DNA of 64,000 bases from Eledone cirrhosa. Lineage: Eukaryota. The DNA is taken from NCBI GenBank assembly GCA_964016885.1, contig OZ024740.1, positions 210,924,001-210,988,000 of the forward strand, read 5' to 3'. The notes beneath the pieces were generated by a model, which saw only the letters and a program-made list of their open reading frames with translations, searched no databases and had not been told where the DNA came from. This document shows, piece by piece, positions 12,462 to 25,893 of the stretch (positions are counted from its first letter, which is position 1; each line of letters starts with the position of its first letter). Position numbers and translations under genes: made by a program.

Positions 12462-12617
12462 AGGTATTACATTCAAAAATTCTAACCTTCATAAAACTAA
12501 ATATCCCAGTTGAGGGCACAAATGAATTGCTACGACCGTCACTGGTAGGGACCTCCACTACAGAGGACCCGGGACAACTGCCCCCCCCCCCTTTTTCCGC
12601 CATTAAATCCAGCCCTG
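12462..12617 (-). mobile_element. Partial hAT-like MITE, same family as 54741-55032 and 55215-55512
   Basis: Terminus TTAAATCCAGCCCTG; internal similarity (TGAGGGCACAAAT, AAAAATTCTAACC) to the 55 kb copies in reverse orientation. Confidence 0.55.
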
Positions 12618-12721
12618 TACATACAGTCATATATACATACATACATACATGCATGCATACAGACAGACAGACACATATATACAGAAAGACAGAAAGACAT
12701 ACATACATACATACATACATA

Positions 12722-13186
12722 TATGGTGGCTGCCAACTCGGTTTCGAGTACGGCCAATACTTTATATCCATGTAGGATAAACCCCACCGATGCGCTGAAC
12801 GAGTGTGACTTTTTAGTCCAGCCAGCGACTTGAATACTCTGGTACAAACACTACACTTGTGACAATTATTGACACATAGTGCTGGGCCCATGGTACCATG
12901 TGACGACAAGTGCAGAGAGATCTCCAGATATAAAGCAATGCCTGTGCCGTGAAGCTTTTATAGTGAGCAAAGGCACTGCACAAAGCCAGTCCCACTCTCT
13001 TAACCAAGATGATATTTACCAAAAAGAAGAACAAGTCAACATCATTGGATACCATCAGGGTTGCAGGTGTTATATCAGAGTTTTCCTTCTCCTAGAATTC
13101 TGCCTTGACAAAGGCTAAGGAGTCATCTCTCCCGGTGATTTTGGATGGCCATTGACTCTTAAGAGCTCCTTTGCCCTTTGTCTGAC
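12722..13186 (-). mobile_element. Bipartite non-autonomous RTE-type retroelement
   Basis: 5' part (CCTTAGCCTTTGTCAAGGCA...AGGAGAAGGAAAACTC) shared with 20401-20985, joined to a 3' part encoding a C2H2 finger (CSVCTRVFKSLAGLKSHTRSAH); (TATG)n on both sides. Confidence 0.65.
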
Positions 13187-13522
13187 ATACATACATACAG
13201 ACATACAGACATACAAACATACATACAGACATACATACATACATACATACATACATGCAGACAGACAGACAGACAGACAGACAGACATACAGACATACAG
13301 ACATACAGACAGACATACATACAGACATACATAGACAGACAGACAGACAGACAGTCTATTGGTACTGAGAACGTTTACGAAAGCAGAAAAGAGGAAAGAA
13401 GAAAACTGACGCTCATCAGAGCCTCAAAGACAACTTCCACTGGATGTGTCAGTAATAGAAATACTGTGAAGCTAGAACACGTCAAGTAATCTTTTTTTGT
13501 ACAGTGCTCTGATATTTGCCAT

Positions 13523-13525
<3 letters not shown>

Positions 13526-13586
<61 letters not shown>

Positions 13587-13588
13587 TC

Positions 13589-13644
<56 letters not shown>

Positions 13645-13653
13645 TTCTCTCTC

Positions 13654-13696
<43 letters not shown>
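13526..13696. repeat. (CT)n microsatellite
   Basis: Directly visible. Confidence 0.95.
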
Positions 13697-13706
<10 letters not shown>

Positions 13707-13763
13707 TGTTCACACGATTACAGAAACACACATACACACACACATATATTCACACAATTACAG

Positions 13764-13801
<38 letters not shown>

Positions 13802-14865
13802 AGAAACACACAGACACACACACTCACATACACAGAAATACACACACATATATTCACACAATTACAGTAACACAGAGACACACACACACACATACACAGA
13901 AACACACACACATATATTCACACAATTACAGTAACACAGAGACACACACACACACATACACAGAAACACACACACATATATTCACACAATTACAGTAACA
14001 CAGACACACACACATACACATATATTCACACAATTACAGTAACACAGAGACACACACACACACACACACACATACACATACACAGAAACACACACACATA
14101 TATTCACACAATTACAGAAACACACAGACACACACACACACACATACACAGAAACACACACACATATATTCACACAATTACAGTAACACAGAGACACACA
14201 GACACACAGACACACACACACACACACACACACATACACATACACAGAAACACACACATATATATTCACACAATTACAGAAACACACACACACACACACA
14301 CACACATACACAGAAACACACACACATATATTCACACAATTACAGTAACACAGACACACACACACACACACACACATACACAGAAACACACACATATATT
14401 CACACAATTACAGTAACACAGACACACACAGACACACAGACACACATACACATACACAGAAACACACACACATATATTCACACAATTACAGAAACACACA
14501 GACACACACACACACATACACAGAAACACACCACATATATTCACACAATTACAGTAACACACAGACACACACACACACACATACACAGAAACACACACAC
14601 ATATATTCACACAATTACAGTAACACAGACACACACAGACACACACACACACACACACACACATACACAGAAACACACACATATATTCACACAATTACAG
14701 TAACACAGACACACACAGACACACAGACACACATACACATACACAGAAACACACCACATATATTCACACAATTACAGTAACACAGACACACACATACACA
14801 TACACAGAAACACACACACATATATTCACACAATTACAGTAACACAGAGACACACAGACACACAG

Positions 14866-14898
<33 letters not shown>

Positions 14899-15834
14899 TA
14901 CACATACACAGAAACACACACACATATATTCACACAATTACAGAAACACACAGACACACACACACACACATACACAGAAACACACACACATATATTCACA
15001 CAATTACAGTAACACAGACACACACAGACACACACACACACACACACACACAGACACAGAAACACACACATATATTCACACAATTACAGTAACACAGACA
15101 CACACAGACACACAGACACACATACACATACACAGAAACACACACACATATATTCACACAATTACAGAAACACACAGACACACACACACACATACACAGA
15201 AACACACCACATATATTCACACAATTACAGTAACACAGACACACACAGACACACACACACACACACACACATACACAGACACAGAAACACACACATATAT
15301 TCACACAATTACAGTAACACAGACACACACAGACACACAGACACACATACACATACACAGAAACACACACACATATATTCACACAATTACAGAAACACAC
15401 AGACACACACACACACATACACAGAAACACACCACATATATTCACACAATTACAGTAACACAGACACACACATACACATACACAGAAACACACACACATA
15501 TATTCACACAATTACAGTAACACAGAGACACACACACACACACATACACAGAAAGACACACACATATATTCACACAATTACAGAAACACAGAGACACACA
15601 CACACACATACACAGAAACACACACACATACACATACACAGAAACACACACACATATATTCACACAATTACAGTAACACAGAGACACACACACACACATA
15701 CACATACACAGAAACACACACACATATATTCACACAATTACAGAAACACACAGAGACACAGACACACACATACACAGAAACACACACACATATATTCACA
15801 CAATTACAGTAACACAGAGACACACAGACACACA

Positions 15835-15871
<37 letters not shown>

Positions 15872-16018
15872 ATACACAGAAACACACACACATATATTCA
15901 CACAATTACAGAAACACACAGACACACACACACACACATACACAGAAACACACACACATATATTCACACAATTACAGTAACACAGACACACACAGACACA
16001 CACACACACACACACACA

Positions 16019-16055
<37 letters not shown>

Positions 16056-16394
16056 AGAAACACACACATATATTCACACAATTACAGTAACACAGACACA
16101 CACAGACACACAGACACACATACACATACACAGAAACACACACACATATATTCACACAATTACAGAAACACACAGACACACACACACACACACATACACA
16201 GAAACACACCACATATATTCACACAATTACAGTAACACAGACACACACATACACATACACAGAAACACACACACACATACACAGAAACACACACACATAT
16301 ATTCACACAATTACAGAAACACACAGACACACACACTCACATACACAGAAACACACACACATATATTCACACAATTACAGTAACACAGAGACAC
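13697..16394. repeat. CA-derived minisatellite, unit ~50-75 bp
   Basis: Conserved core CACATATATTCACACAATTACAG(T/A)AAC separated by variable (CA)n/GACA/TACA stretches, dozens of copies. Confidence 0.95.
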
Positions 16395-16610
16395 GTAAAC
16401 CACAAATTACGTCTATTCCCGATCAGTTCATCATTTGCTTTTCTTCATTGATGACATCGATCAAATAAATCGTTGATTAATAACAGAGAATAACATTTAG
16501 TGATGATGACAAACATTGAAATTACGATATTCCATTTTAGTTTTTATCATTGACGATAGGGAGCTGGCGGTCACACATCTGAAGTTCGTCTGCTCAGAAG
16601 TATGAAACGA

Positions 16611-16662
<52 letters not shown>

Positions 16663-16665
16663 TCG

Positions 16666-16699
<34 letters not shown>

Positions 16700-16755
16700 A
16701 GTGAAATGACAGGAGGCCAAATTTGTTGAATTTCCTAAATTTCTTATTGCTGTAA

Positions 16756-16813
16756 ACACTATGCACATTTCAATGGCCTGGTTGCGTAAGAACCCGTCGA
16801 CCTCATCAGGTGT
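16756..16813 (-). ncRNA. Hammerhead-like motif
   Basis: Minus strand acac-CTGATGA-ggtc..ggtt(cttacgc)aacc.ggcc-att-GAAA-tgtgc-ATA-gtgt; stem I acac/gtgt, near-palindromic stem III, AUA triplet. Confidence 0.6.
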
Positions 16814-17239
16814 AAATTGTGTAATAGATGTATACCAACGGAATGAAGGTAAGCATTAATGAAACAAGCAAAGAAAAGCTGTGTGCTATTCTTTTGACCC
16901 AGAGAAGGACGTAGTAGCATGCTGCCACATTGCTCGCCCGACTCAGTTGCTATTCCTTACTACAGAGAATCTCTTAAATTACTTTTGAAGTAGGTTACTT
17001 TTACGCTAAATGGCGGATGACGGAAGTTTCTGCTCAAAATAGGAAGTCTATATAACAGCATTAGTGTTTGGATGATTTAAAATTAGGCATGTCGAAATCC
17101 AAACATAGATTAACTACATTTTTTAACTCTATGATCATTGTAGCGAATCTGTTTTTGGATTCCGCGCTAAAACGAATAAGTGATAAAACTAAACAGTAAT
17201 TATTTTCAAACCTTTGATTTCAAATTCCCAAAGACTTTA

Positions 17240-17500
17240 TTTACAATTGTATAAATAACATCACATTACAAAATATTTATCATCCTTACAGAATGAAAAT
17301 AGACACAAATAATATAAACAATACTTAACAAATATATAAGATTAAACAAACCGACCATCAATTCACCACCAAGTGTGACAAATGGCTGCATATCACAAGG
17401 ATCAACGGAACACTTTGAGGCAAGTCAACATACTCGTAATATTACCACGGCTGATGGCGAGGCTAAGGTGCTGAAACAACTAGGCAGCCTCACAGACATT
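17240..17500. repeat. Unclassified dispersed repeat, second copy at ~52470-52940
   Basis: Shared blocks ACCATCAATTCACCACCAAGTG, TCAACGGAA..CTT, GAGGCTAAGGTGC. Confidence 0.6.
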
Positions 17501-17994
17501 ACCTGGTTTTCCAAAACTAGTTTTAAAAAGTACTTAGGCGGGCGATGGTCGTCAGTCATCCCGTCTAATTGGTTATTGTTTACTGGCACATAGTCAAACA
17601 AGGAAGAAGGAACATACCTCAATTTTATGTTATAGAAACATTTTTAATAGGAGTAATTACAAAATATATTCGAATACTTTAGTGCTCCTAGGTTGGGATA
17701 TATTTAAGTCGTCGTATACTGCCGCATGGTGTGATGTCATCCTTTGGATCACTGCATAGAGATAGCACGTCTATTGTCTCCGAGCTCTCATTGTCCAAGT
17801 GTTATTGTCTCAGCTACTGACGTCAGAACGTGACGTCAGAACTAAGGGCAGTTAATCGACTGTCTTCACAGTCGACGCTAGATGGCGTGATCTTCTACAA
17901 GTACATGAAATGCGAACCTTCTGTTCCACGAATTACTTGTATAGCTACGCAATTATAATAAAAGAAATTACGCATATATATATGTATATATGTA

Positions 17995-18046
<52 letters not shown>

Positions 18047-18280
18047 TTGAAGTTTGCTTGTTCGCCACTGGTTAGAACTGGTCATTCCGCATAGTTTATT
18101 GTGATGTATCAGTAGGAAAAGCACTCGACACAACGCAACTCATACATCTTTGATGCTGAATCTTGTTGAATAAAATGACCGGAGGCCGGACTGGCGAAAT
18201 TCCTTCAAAGTTTTATTTTTGCGAACAACAATAACATTTTGAAAGAATTTCACCAGCCCAGCCTCCCGTCATTTTATTCA

Positions 18281-18311
<31 letters not shown>

Positions 18312-18648
18312 TAAACACGCACACACATATATGCATATATATGTGTGTGTGTGTATTAGCCGACAAGAAAAAAAGTGCATTGTACATTATTATATATTTA
18401 CACAATGACATATATATAATATCATTGTCAAAATAATGATAATAATAATAATAATAATAATAAAACACTGTTTATCACTTGCATAGAGATATTAAAACAT
18501 TATTTATTATTCGAATAGGAAGGTTTCGTCTGGTGTTACTCCCCTTTTAACAACTAACAAGGTATCCCTTCACTTAGACTGACGATAGATTTTGATATAT
18601 TCTTTCATAGAAGAGATAAATATTGTTTTATTATATATTCTGACACTG

Positions 18649-18807
<159 letters not shown>

Positions 18808-20079
18808 TGTGTGTGTGCGTGCGTGTGTGTAGATAAATCTACCAAAATATACGGTAGTGTCCAATCCGTATGTAGAACTCAATGTAATCCAAATATCATG
18901 AAAAGAGAAGATGCATTCAAAAATTTTCGATGAAAATCACAGAAAACAGAGTCAAGATAAATTAATAAAAACAAAGAACAAGTTCCTTATATTAAAAAAA
19001 TGTTTAATATAAGGAACTTGTTCTTTATTTTTATTCATTGTTTTTATTAATTTATATATATATATATATATATTTCGCTCTACATGGCTGAATGCAATAA
19101 ATGTAATCTGAGTTTTTCGAATATTAATAATAACATTCGATTCGTTTGCAATTATGCAACCAAGTCTCATTTTTAAAGCCATTCTTGCTCTTGTGTTGGC
19201 ATGTAAACAGAACTGCAGACACTAATGTTTCTGGGACCACCCTTCAGCAGTACATCTCACTATTCACCTGCCAACTGTCAGAGCTAGTGAAAATATATGC
19301 TATTTTCTAAAATATACAGTGAGTGATCGGCCTAATTTGCATATTAACAGACTGGATGATCAGTCAGATCTGCATATTAGCAGATCCACTGATCAGCCAT
19401 ATTTGCATATCAGCAGACTGACCAGTTAGTTTCCTGTATACGAGCGATAAATGGCCGGCTTTGCCACATTCAAATAAAAAAAAAATTTCACTCTACATGG
19501 CTGATGCAGATGTAAATTATCTGCTCAAAGGAAAGAGAATCATGGGCTCTTCAAATATAATATAATAATTACAGGGACTAACGCGGGCCTATGACTCCGT
19601 TAATTTATTTTAATATATAGCTCCTTATAACAGTCTTCTCTCTCCCTCTGTTTAGTAAAGCACTCTTATTTGAGTGGTTTTGGGCTGCGATTTCTAGCCG
19701 CTCATTCCACCCAGGCCACTAGTTTACTGTCTTTTGCACACATTCACTTCTCTCTACCACGTGTTGCAAGGCAGTTATCTCAAGTTTTTCTTAGTGTTGT
19801 CTGCAATGTATTCGCTCACCACACGCTGATGAAGCTGGGTGTTTCATTCCATTCACTAATCTTTTGGTGAAATAAATCTCTTTGGGTTTGTACTTGTGTG
19901 ATATATAGTTATAGAGGTGGGTAAATTCATACTGATTTATATTTTTAATTATTATGCGTCTACCTCAACTTTCGTAGTTTATAGATTCCATACACTGGTG
20001 GTTTTCCCTGTACAATGATAAACACACACACATACACACTCTCTTTCTCTCTCTCTCGTGTGATGCCTTTTCTACATAT

Positions 20080-20202
<123 letters not shown>

Positions 20203-20400
20203 TGCCCAGCGTTTATTATCATATAGCAAATTCTGGCCTTGTGCCAAAAGTAGAAACAATTATCATATAGCAAATATATAACATTAAATAAAGTACATAC
20301 ATGTAATTAATTAATTATTGCTAGGCGCCTTAAAAATATAAAACACAAAAATATACAATTAAAGTGAGAGAAAAAAAAACAACGTACACACATACATACA

Positions 20401-20985
20401 TGATGGCTGCCCCCTCGTTATCGAGTATGCCCATTGCACGATATACCATTATTAATAATTATTAATTAATTCTATCGTGCAATGCCTGTGCGTGAAGATA
20501 TTTTTTAAAGTGAGGAAAGACTGTGCACTGAGCCAACTCCACTCTCTGAGCGACAGTAGCTATACCCCGAAAAGAAGAAAAGATCAACATCATCGGTAAC
20601 TACTGAGTCGCAGGTTTTATATCGGAGTTATCCCAGTTTCCTGAGTTGCCTTCTCCTAGAAGAATGCCCTGACAAAGGCTAGGGGTCCTTCACTCCCAGT
20701 GGTTTAACCGCACGATCCGGTGTCCAACCCGACTATTTCTATGTCCCCGCGCATATACATACATATGTACATGTGTATATACATATTTACACACTTTTGG
20801 ATGGCCGTTGACTCATGAGTTCTTCCGCCCTTTGTCAGGTTTTGTTCTTTGTCCTGTAGGGTGTCCAAAATCACCCTCCTCGCCAAGTAAACTTGGTGGG
20901 GTTGCCGGTTTAGTCGCCGACGACCCGACCATGCGACAGATTGTACTGGGTTACATGTTACCAGTAGCACTCAAGAGTGACCCGA
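20401..20985 (-). mobile_element. Non-autonomous RTE-type retroelement related to 12722-13186
   Basis: Shares the 3' end (TCGA..ACGAG...GGCAGCCA) and the 5' block (TAGCCTTTGTCAGGGCA..AGGAGAAGG); bounded by (CATA)n on both sides. Confidence 0.6.
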
Positions 20986-21472
20986 CATACATACATACAT
21001 ACATACATACATACATACATACATACATACATACATACATACATACATACATACATACATACATACATACATACATACAGCGAATGGTCTTCAAAATGGT
21101 TTTAAATAAACATACAGTATATTATCAAATATACTGTACATACATTCATACATACGTCACTATTTCAGAGCACTGATACTAATTCCTAATTTTTGCTGGA
21201 CCGGCAACTGCTCTGCTTAATCAGCTCTTAAACATAACTAGAATTCTATAAGAATTTATAGAAGCTGGATTCTTATAGAATCCAGCTTCTATAAATCTCG
21301 GCAGAAGCGAAGGGATATGCAATCTTGATAACCGCTAACGAGCGAGAAACAGCTGTCGGTTGTTTCCCTTTGTTTTTGGCGAGACTAAGTAAGTGACATA
21401 GTCACTACTTTAAAACTCATAGCGAATGGTCTTCAAAATGTTTTTAAATAAACATACAGTATATTATCAAAT

Positions 21473-21521
<49 letters not shown>

Positions 21522-21617
21522 CAAGTGGAAGCTTAGTAAAATCGAAGCTTTGGCTGTGGCCAAGCAAAGTCGACCTACAATAAGGAATGAGTAGGAAAGC
21601 ACTCAATAAGGGTGGGT

Positions 21618-22518
21618 CCTTAGAGTAATAACATTACGTTTAAATAGCTTGACAATTTGAAAATTGTGGTAGGCAAAACCCAACCATACAATACCAAAAC
21701 AACGAAAGAACTAATCAGGTTAAAACAGACCTGGACAGATCGGACGATATTCTGCAATACGTCCGATAGGTTTCTATGAATTCGAAATCATCTATCCAAC
21801 TTACGTAACACGTAAGCTTGTGGTATTCCATGATCGAACAGGGGATTCATTTCATCAACAGGCATTCCGTTCTTTTGCCTCAAACTGGTGTGAACAGACT
21901 AAATGTGACCGCCACAATAGACAGCCTTCAAACATTTTGTTGTCACGTGTTATTTCCAACAAGGGAAGCAACCCCGGTTTTTGGCAGGCAAATTCAAAGT
22001 GTTAACAAAGGAAAATATATTTCCGCTCACAATCCCAATAAAAGCTCTCAACCAGATGTTATTAAACAAACACAAATAATTAACCAATCAACAGAATTGT
22101 TTAATTAAATTAATTAGTTAATTATTAAGTCTAGGAGAAGTCTAGGTATCTCCTTAGAGTAATAACATACGTTTAAATAGCTTGACAAATTGAAAATTGT
22201 GGTAGGCAAAACCCAACCATACAATACCAAAAATAACGAAAGAACTAATCAGGTTAAAACAGACCTGGACAGATCGGACGATATTCTGCAATACGTCCGA
22301 TAGATTTCTATGAATCCAAAATCATCTATGCAACTTACGTAACACGTAAGCTTGTGGTATTCCATGATCGAACAGGGGATTCATTTCATCAACAGGCATT
22401 CCGTTCTTTTGCCTCAAACTGGTGTGAACAGACTAAATGCGACCGCCACAATAGACAGACTTAAAACATTTCTTTGTCACGTGTAATTTCCAACAAGGGA
22501 AGCAACCCCCGATTTTTG
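21618..22518. repeat. Partial tandem duplication (~365 bp; 21618-21983 and 22153-22518)
   Basis: Near-identical direct copies about 535 bp apart, inside a unit bounded by (TA)n and (TATC)/(TA)n. Confidence 0.85.
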
Positions 22519-22596
22519 ATATATCTATCTATCTATATATATATCTATATATATATATATATTATTATTAATATTATTATTATTATTATTTAAAGA

Positions 22597-22660
<64 letters not shown>

Positions 22661-22670
22661 GTTAATGGCG

Positions 22671-22834
22671 GTCATTGATGTTATTTAACTGGAAAGTTTG
22701 TTGAAATGAATATCAAGCCACTACCTGCAGCCTCAGATATTCAGGACGTATCGGAGGGTTCTTGCTGTTGCCAGCAAGCATGCCTTTTGAAGTGTTCCAA
22801 AAAGCGGGGCGGGACCAATTTTCTTTAACCATCC
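22671..22834 (-). mobile_element. Short 3' fragment of a Dong/R4-like element
   Basis: Near-identical to 23081-23244; lies between (TTA)n tracts. Confidence 0.75.
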
Positions 22835-22851
22835 ATATTATTATTATTAAT

Positions 22852-23040
22852 GGCGGTGGATTGGCAGTATCGGTAGAGTGTCGGACGCCATGCATTGACG
22901 CATAGAGTTACGGCCCTTGCCATTCTGAGTTCAAATCCCGCCGAGGTTAACTTTGCTTTTCATCCTTACGGGGTCGATAAAATAAAGTACCAGTAATGCA
23001 CTGGGTAATTGCTGGCCTTGTGCCAAAAAGTAGAAACAAT
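22852..23040 (+). mobile_element. tRNA-derived SINE, full length, with (ATT)n tail
   Basis: GGCGGTGGATTGGCAGTATCGGTAGAG...GAGTTCAAATCCCGCCGAGGTTAACTTTGC...GTAGAAACAAT(TAT)n; about ten relatives in the window. Confidence 0.9.
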
Positions 23041-23067
23041 TATTATTATTATTATTATTATTATTGT

Positions 23068-23480
23068 TGTTTGAGTCTCAGTCATTGATGTTAGTTAACT
23101 GGAAAGTTTGTTGAAATGAATATCAAGCTGCTACCTGCAGCCTCAGATATTCAGGACGTATCGGAGGGTTCTTGCTGTTCCCAGCAAGCATGCCTTTTGA
23201 AGTGTTCCAAAAAGCGGGGCGGGACCAATTTTCTTTAACCATCCTTGGAAACTCTTTGAGATAGTACCTAGTGCGCCTATGACAATCGGGACCACTTTGA
23301 CTTCATGGCAGTTCCAAATCCTTTTTACCTCCCACTTTAAGTCCTGGTATCAGTTAATTTTCTCATTCTCCTTCTCCTGTACTCTCGTGTCGAATGGGCA
23401 GGCCACATCCACAATCAGGCACGATCTTTTTTCCTTGTCCAAAACCACCAGGTCAGGTCTATTGTGTTCCAGTTTCTTGT
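23068..23480 (-). mobile_element. 5'-truncated R4/Dong-clade non-LTR retrotransposon (RLE domain and 3' UTR)
   Basis: Manual translation of the minus strand: KKLEHNRPDLVVLDKEKRSCLIVDVACPFDTRVQEKENEKIN*YQDLKWEVKRIWNCHEVKVVPIVIGALGTI...LQKACLLGTARTLRYVLNI*; (TAA)n on both sides. Confidence 0.85.
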
Positions 23481-23495
23481 ATTATTATTATTATT

Positions 23496-23968
23496 ATTAA
23501 AAGGACTAAATACAGACACTTTTCTCTTCGGCCAATCCCTCATCAACTTCTTCAAGTTTCACCTGGAAAGGAAGGTGAGGGTGGAGAGAGAAGTGCTGCC
23601 CCCAGTACATTTGCTAAAAGGTGGGTGAATGTGGCGAGAATGGCTCGTGTGAATGGGCCTACTCTAACCATGCGCCTATAGGCTGGCTAACTTGAGGAGA
23701 GGGGTGCTCTCCCTGGGTGCCCTAGAAGCGGAGGGTGGTTCAGGATTGGTGGGGTACCCGAAGCACCCCAGGGTCGTACACCCCCTATCGGGGAATTTAT
23801 TTTGTTATATTTATGCATAGTTTATTTTATATTTTTATATTTTCATTGTTAAATTAGTCTTGCCATTGTGCACTTTTACTCGACCTTATTGTAAACCCCC
23901 ACTGTCCCTGTCTTTGTATTGTCCCCTACATGTCGGCCCTGGTGGCTAATAAATGAAATCATTATTAT
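23496..23968 (+). mobile_element. 5'-truncated Tx1-type element, ATT-associated family
   Basis: Near-identical to 49385-49850; encodes ...FAKRWVNVARMARVNGPTLTMRL*; ends GGCTAATAAATGAAATC(ATT)n; preceded by (ATT)n. Confidence 0.9.
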
Positions 23969-23974
23969 GGCCAT

Positions 23975-24310
23975 TTACGTTCTGATTTCAAATAGCCCGT
24001 GGTTAACTTTGCCTTTCATCGATAAAATAAAGTACCAGTAATGCACTGGTGTAGCTGCTGGCCTTGTGCCTAAAGTAGAAACGTTATTATTATTATTAGT
24101 GGCCCTTGGGCCAATAAATGAAATCATTATTATTAGTGGCAGTATCGGTAGAGGGTCTGACATGCTTTCCAGCACAGTTACGTCCCTTTATGATCTGTGT
24201 TCAAATCCCGCCGAGGTTAACTTTGCCTTTCATCCATACGAGGTCGATAAAATAGAGTACCAGTAACGTACTGGGTAATTGCTGGCCTTGTGCCAAAAGT
24301 AGAAACAATT
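23975..24310 (+). mobile_element. Two SINE copies (23975-24085 with a deletion, 24137-24310) with a ~25 bp Tx1 3' tip between them
   Basis: Match to the SINE unit; 24101-24125 GGCCCTTGGGCCAATAAATGAAATC flanked by the direct repeat ATTATTATTAGTGGC. Confidence 0.8.
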
Positions 24311-24487
24311 ATTATTAATAGTAGTACATATTAAAGTTTAAGTGAAGAATTTCTGCTTTCACCCTATTACGGGATCTTCTGAAACTCAAATCTGTACTAA
24401 TAATAAATATTTGCTCTACGGGTCTATATATAATTTTATATATATATACAATCCTTATCAACTCTCTCCAGATGTTGGTCTTCATAA

Positions 24488-24550
<63 letters not shown>

Positions 24551-25842
24551 ATAGGGAGAAAAAAACGATTATTAGGAAGAAAGAACTTTTTTTTTCCCTT
24601 TTGTTTTTTTCTCTTTTCTCTGGGTTAGAATATGTTTAAAACAAAATATTTTACTTTGTGTGAAGTGTTAAGGTATTAGTTAATTTATTTATTAATTAAC
24701 AATGGCATTTATTTATTTATTTATATATTTAATAATTGTCTATTACCGGTTTCAGCATTTTATGCATTATCAAAGGGGGGAATTTGTATTAATGTAAAAT
24801 GTTGGTGATGTTGAACATGTTAAGGAAATAGTGAAGAAATAATAATGTTATTTACAAACAAGGTTTTTGAAGTGAAAATAAAAAATTAAAAAAAAGAGAG
24901 TAAAGTGGGACATGATAAGGTAATCGGAAAGAAAAAATAATATTATTTACAGGCATAGTTCTTGAAGATAAGCAGTTCAAAATGTGTTATTATGGCAAGA
25001 GTGCTTAGTTGATCCATGATGGAGACAAATGGTAGTCTGGGGTTTGATATGATTTCCCTTTTTAGAGAGTTAATATGCAGGGGGAGATAATTCAGGGTGG
25101 TCGGGTAGGGTAGAGAGAAATGAGAAGGGGTAATTCATTTATATAAGAAAAAGGATTAGGTAGGGTGTAAGGGAGGTAACTCTTTAGAGAACATAGGAAT
25201 TAGGTTTTGGTTCATTGTTCGTTCCAGTTTTAGTTTAGTCATATATACACAGTGTACCCCCACCATTCCCTGTCTCGGCATTCACGTACCCGGTCATTCA
25301 AAACAACGGTAAACAACCGACGATCGTTTCTCAATTTTTAGTGGTTATCTCTTTTTTTCTGAGCTGTAGAAGCTGGATTCTTATAGATTTCCAATTATGT
25401 TTATGGGCTGTTTAAACTCATTAACATACAGAACAGTTGCCCGTCCAGCAACAATTAGAAATTTACAATACGTACATTCATATATACATCACTATTTCAG
25501 AGTACCAACACAAATATATATTTATCTATTCATTTAAGTTTGGTGGTTCACCATTGGATAGAACTGGTCGTTCCGTATAGTTAACCATGATCTAATAGTA
25601 GTAAAAGCACTCGACGTTCATGTTGGTGTCAGGGCCTCTGTTTTCCATTATATCATAAAGCGCTCGACTGTATACGGAGCATTATTCATTTAAGTTTGGT
25701 GGTTCACCACTGGATAGAATCGGTCATTTTACTCAATAATTATATATATATACATATTTAGTATATATGTATTCTCTCATCCCTTCACTATTTTCTCCTC
25801 TCCATTTTCTACTCTCTCTCTCTCTCTCTCCCTCTCTCTCTC

Positions 25843-25893
<51 letters not shown>

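Noticed and set aside
13697-16394. Repeat-spacer pattern superficially like a CRISPR array, and Cys/Val-rich ORFs
   Set aside because: Spacers are only variable (CA)n, the context is eukaryotic and there are no cas genes; the ORFs are repeat artefacts
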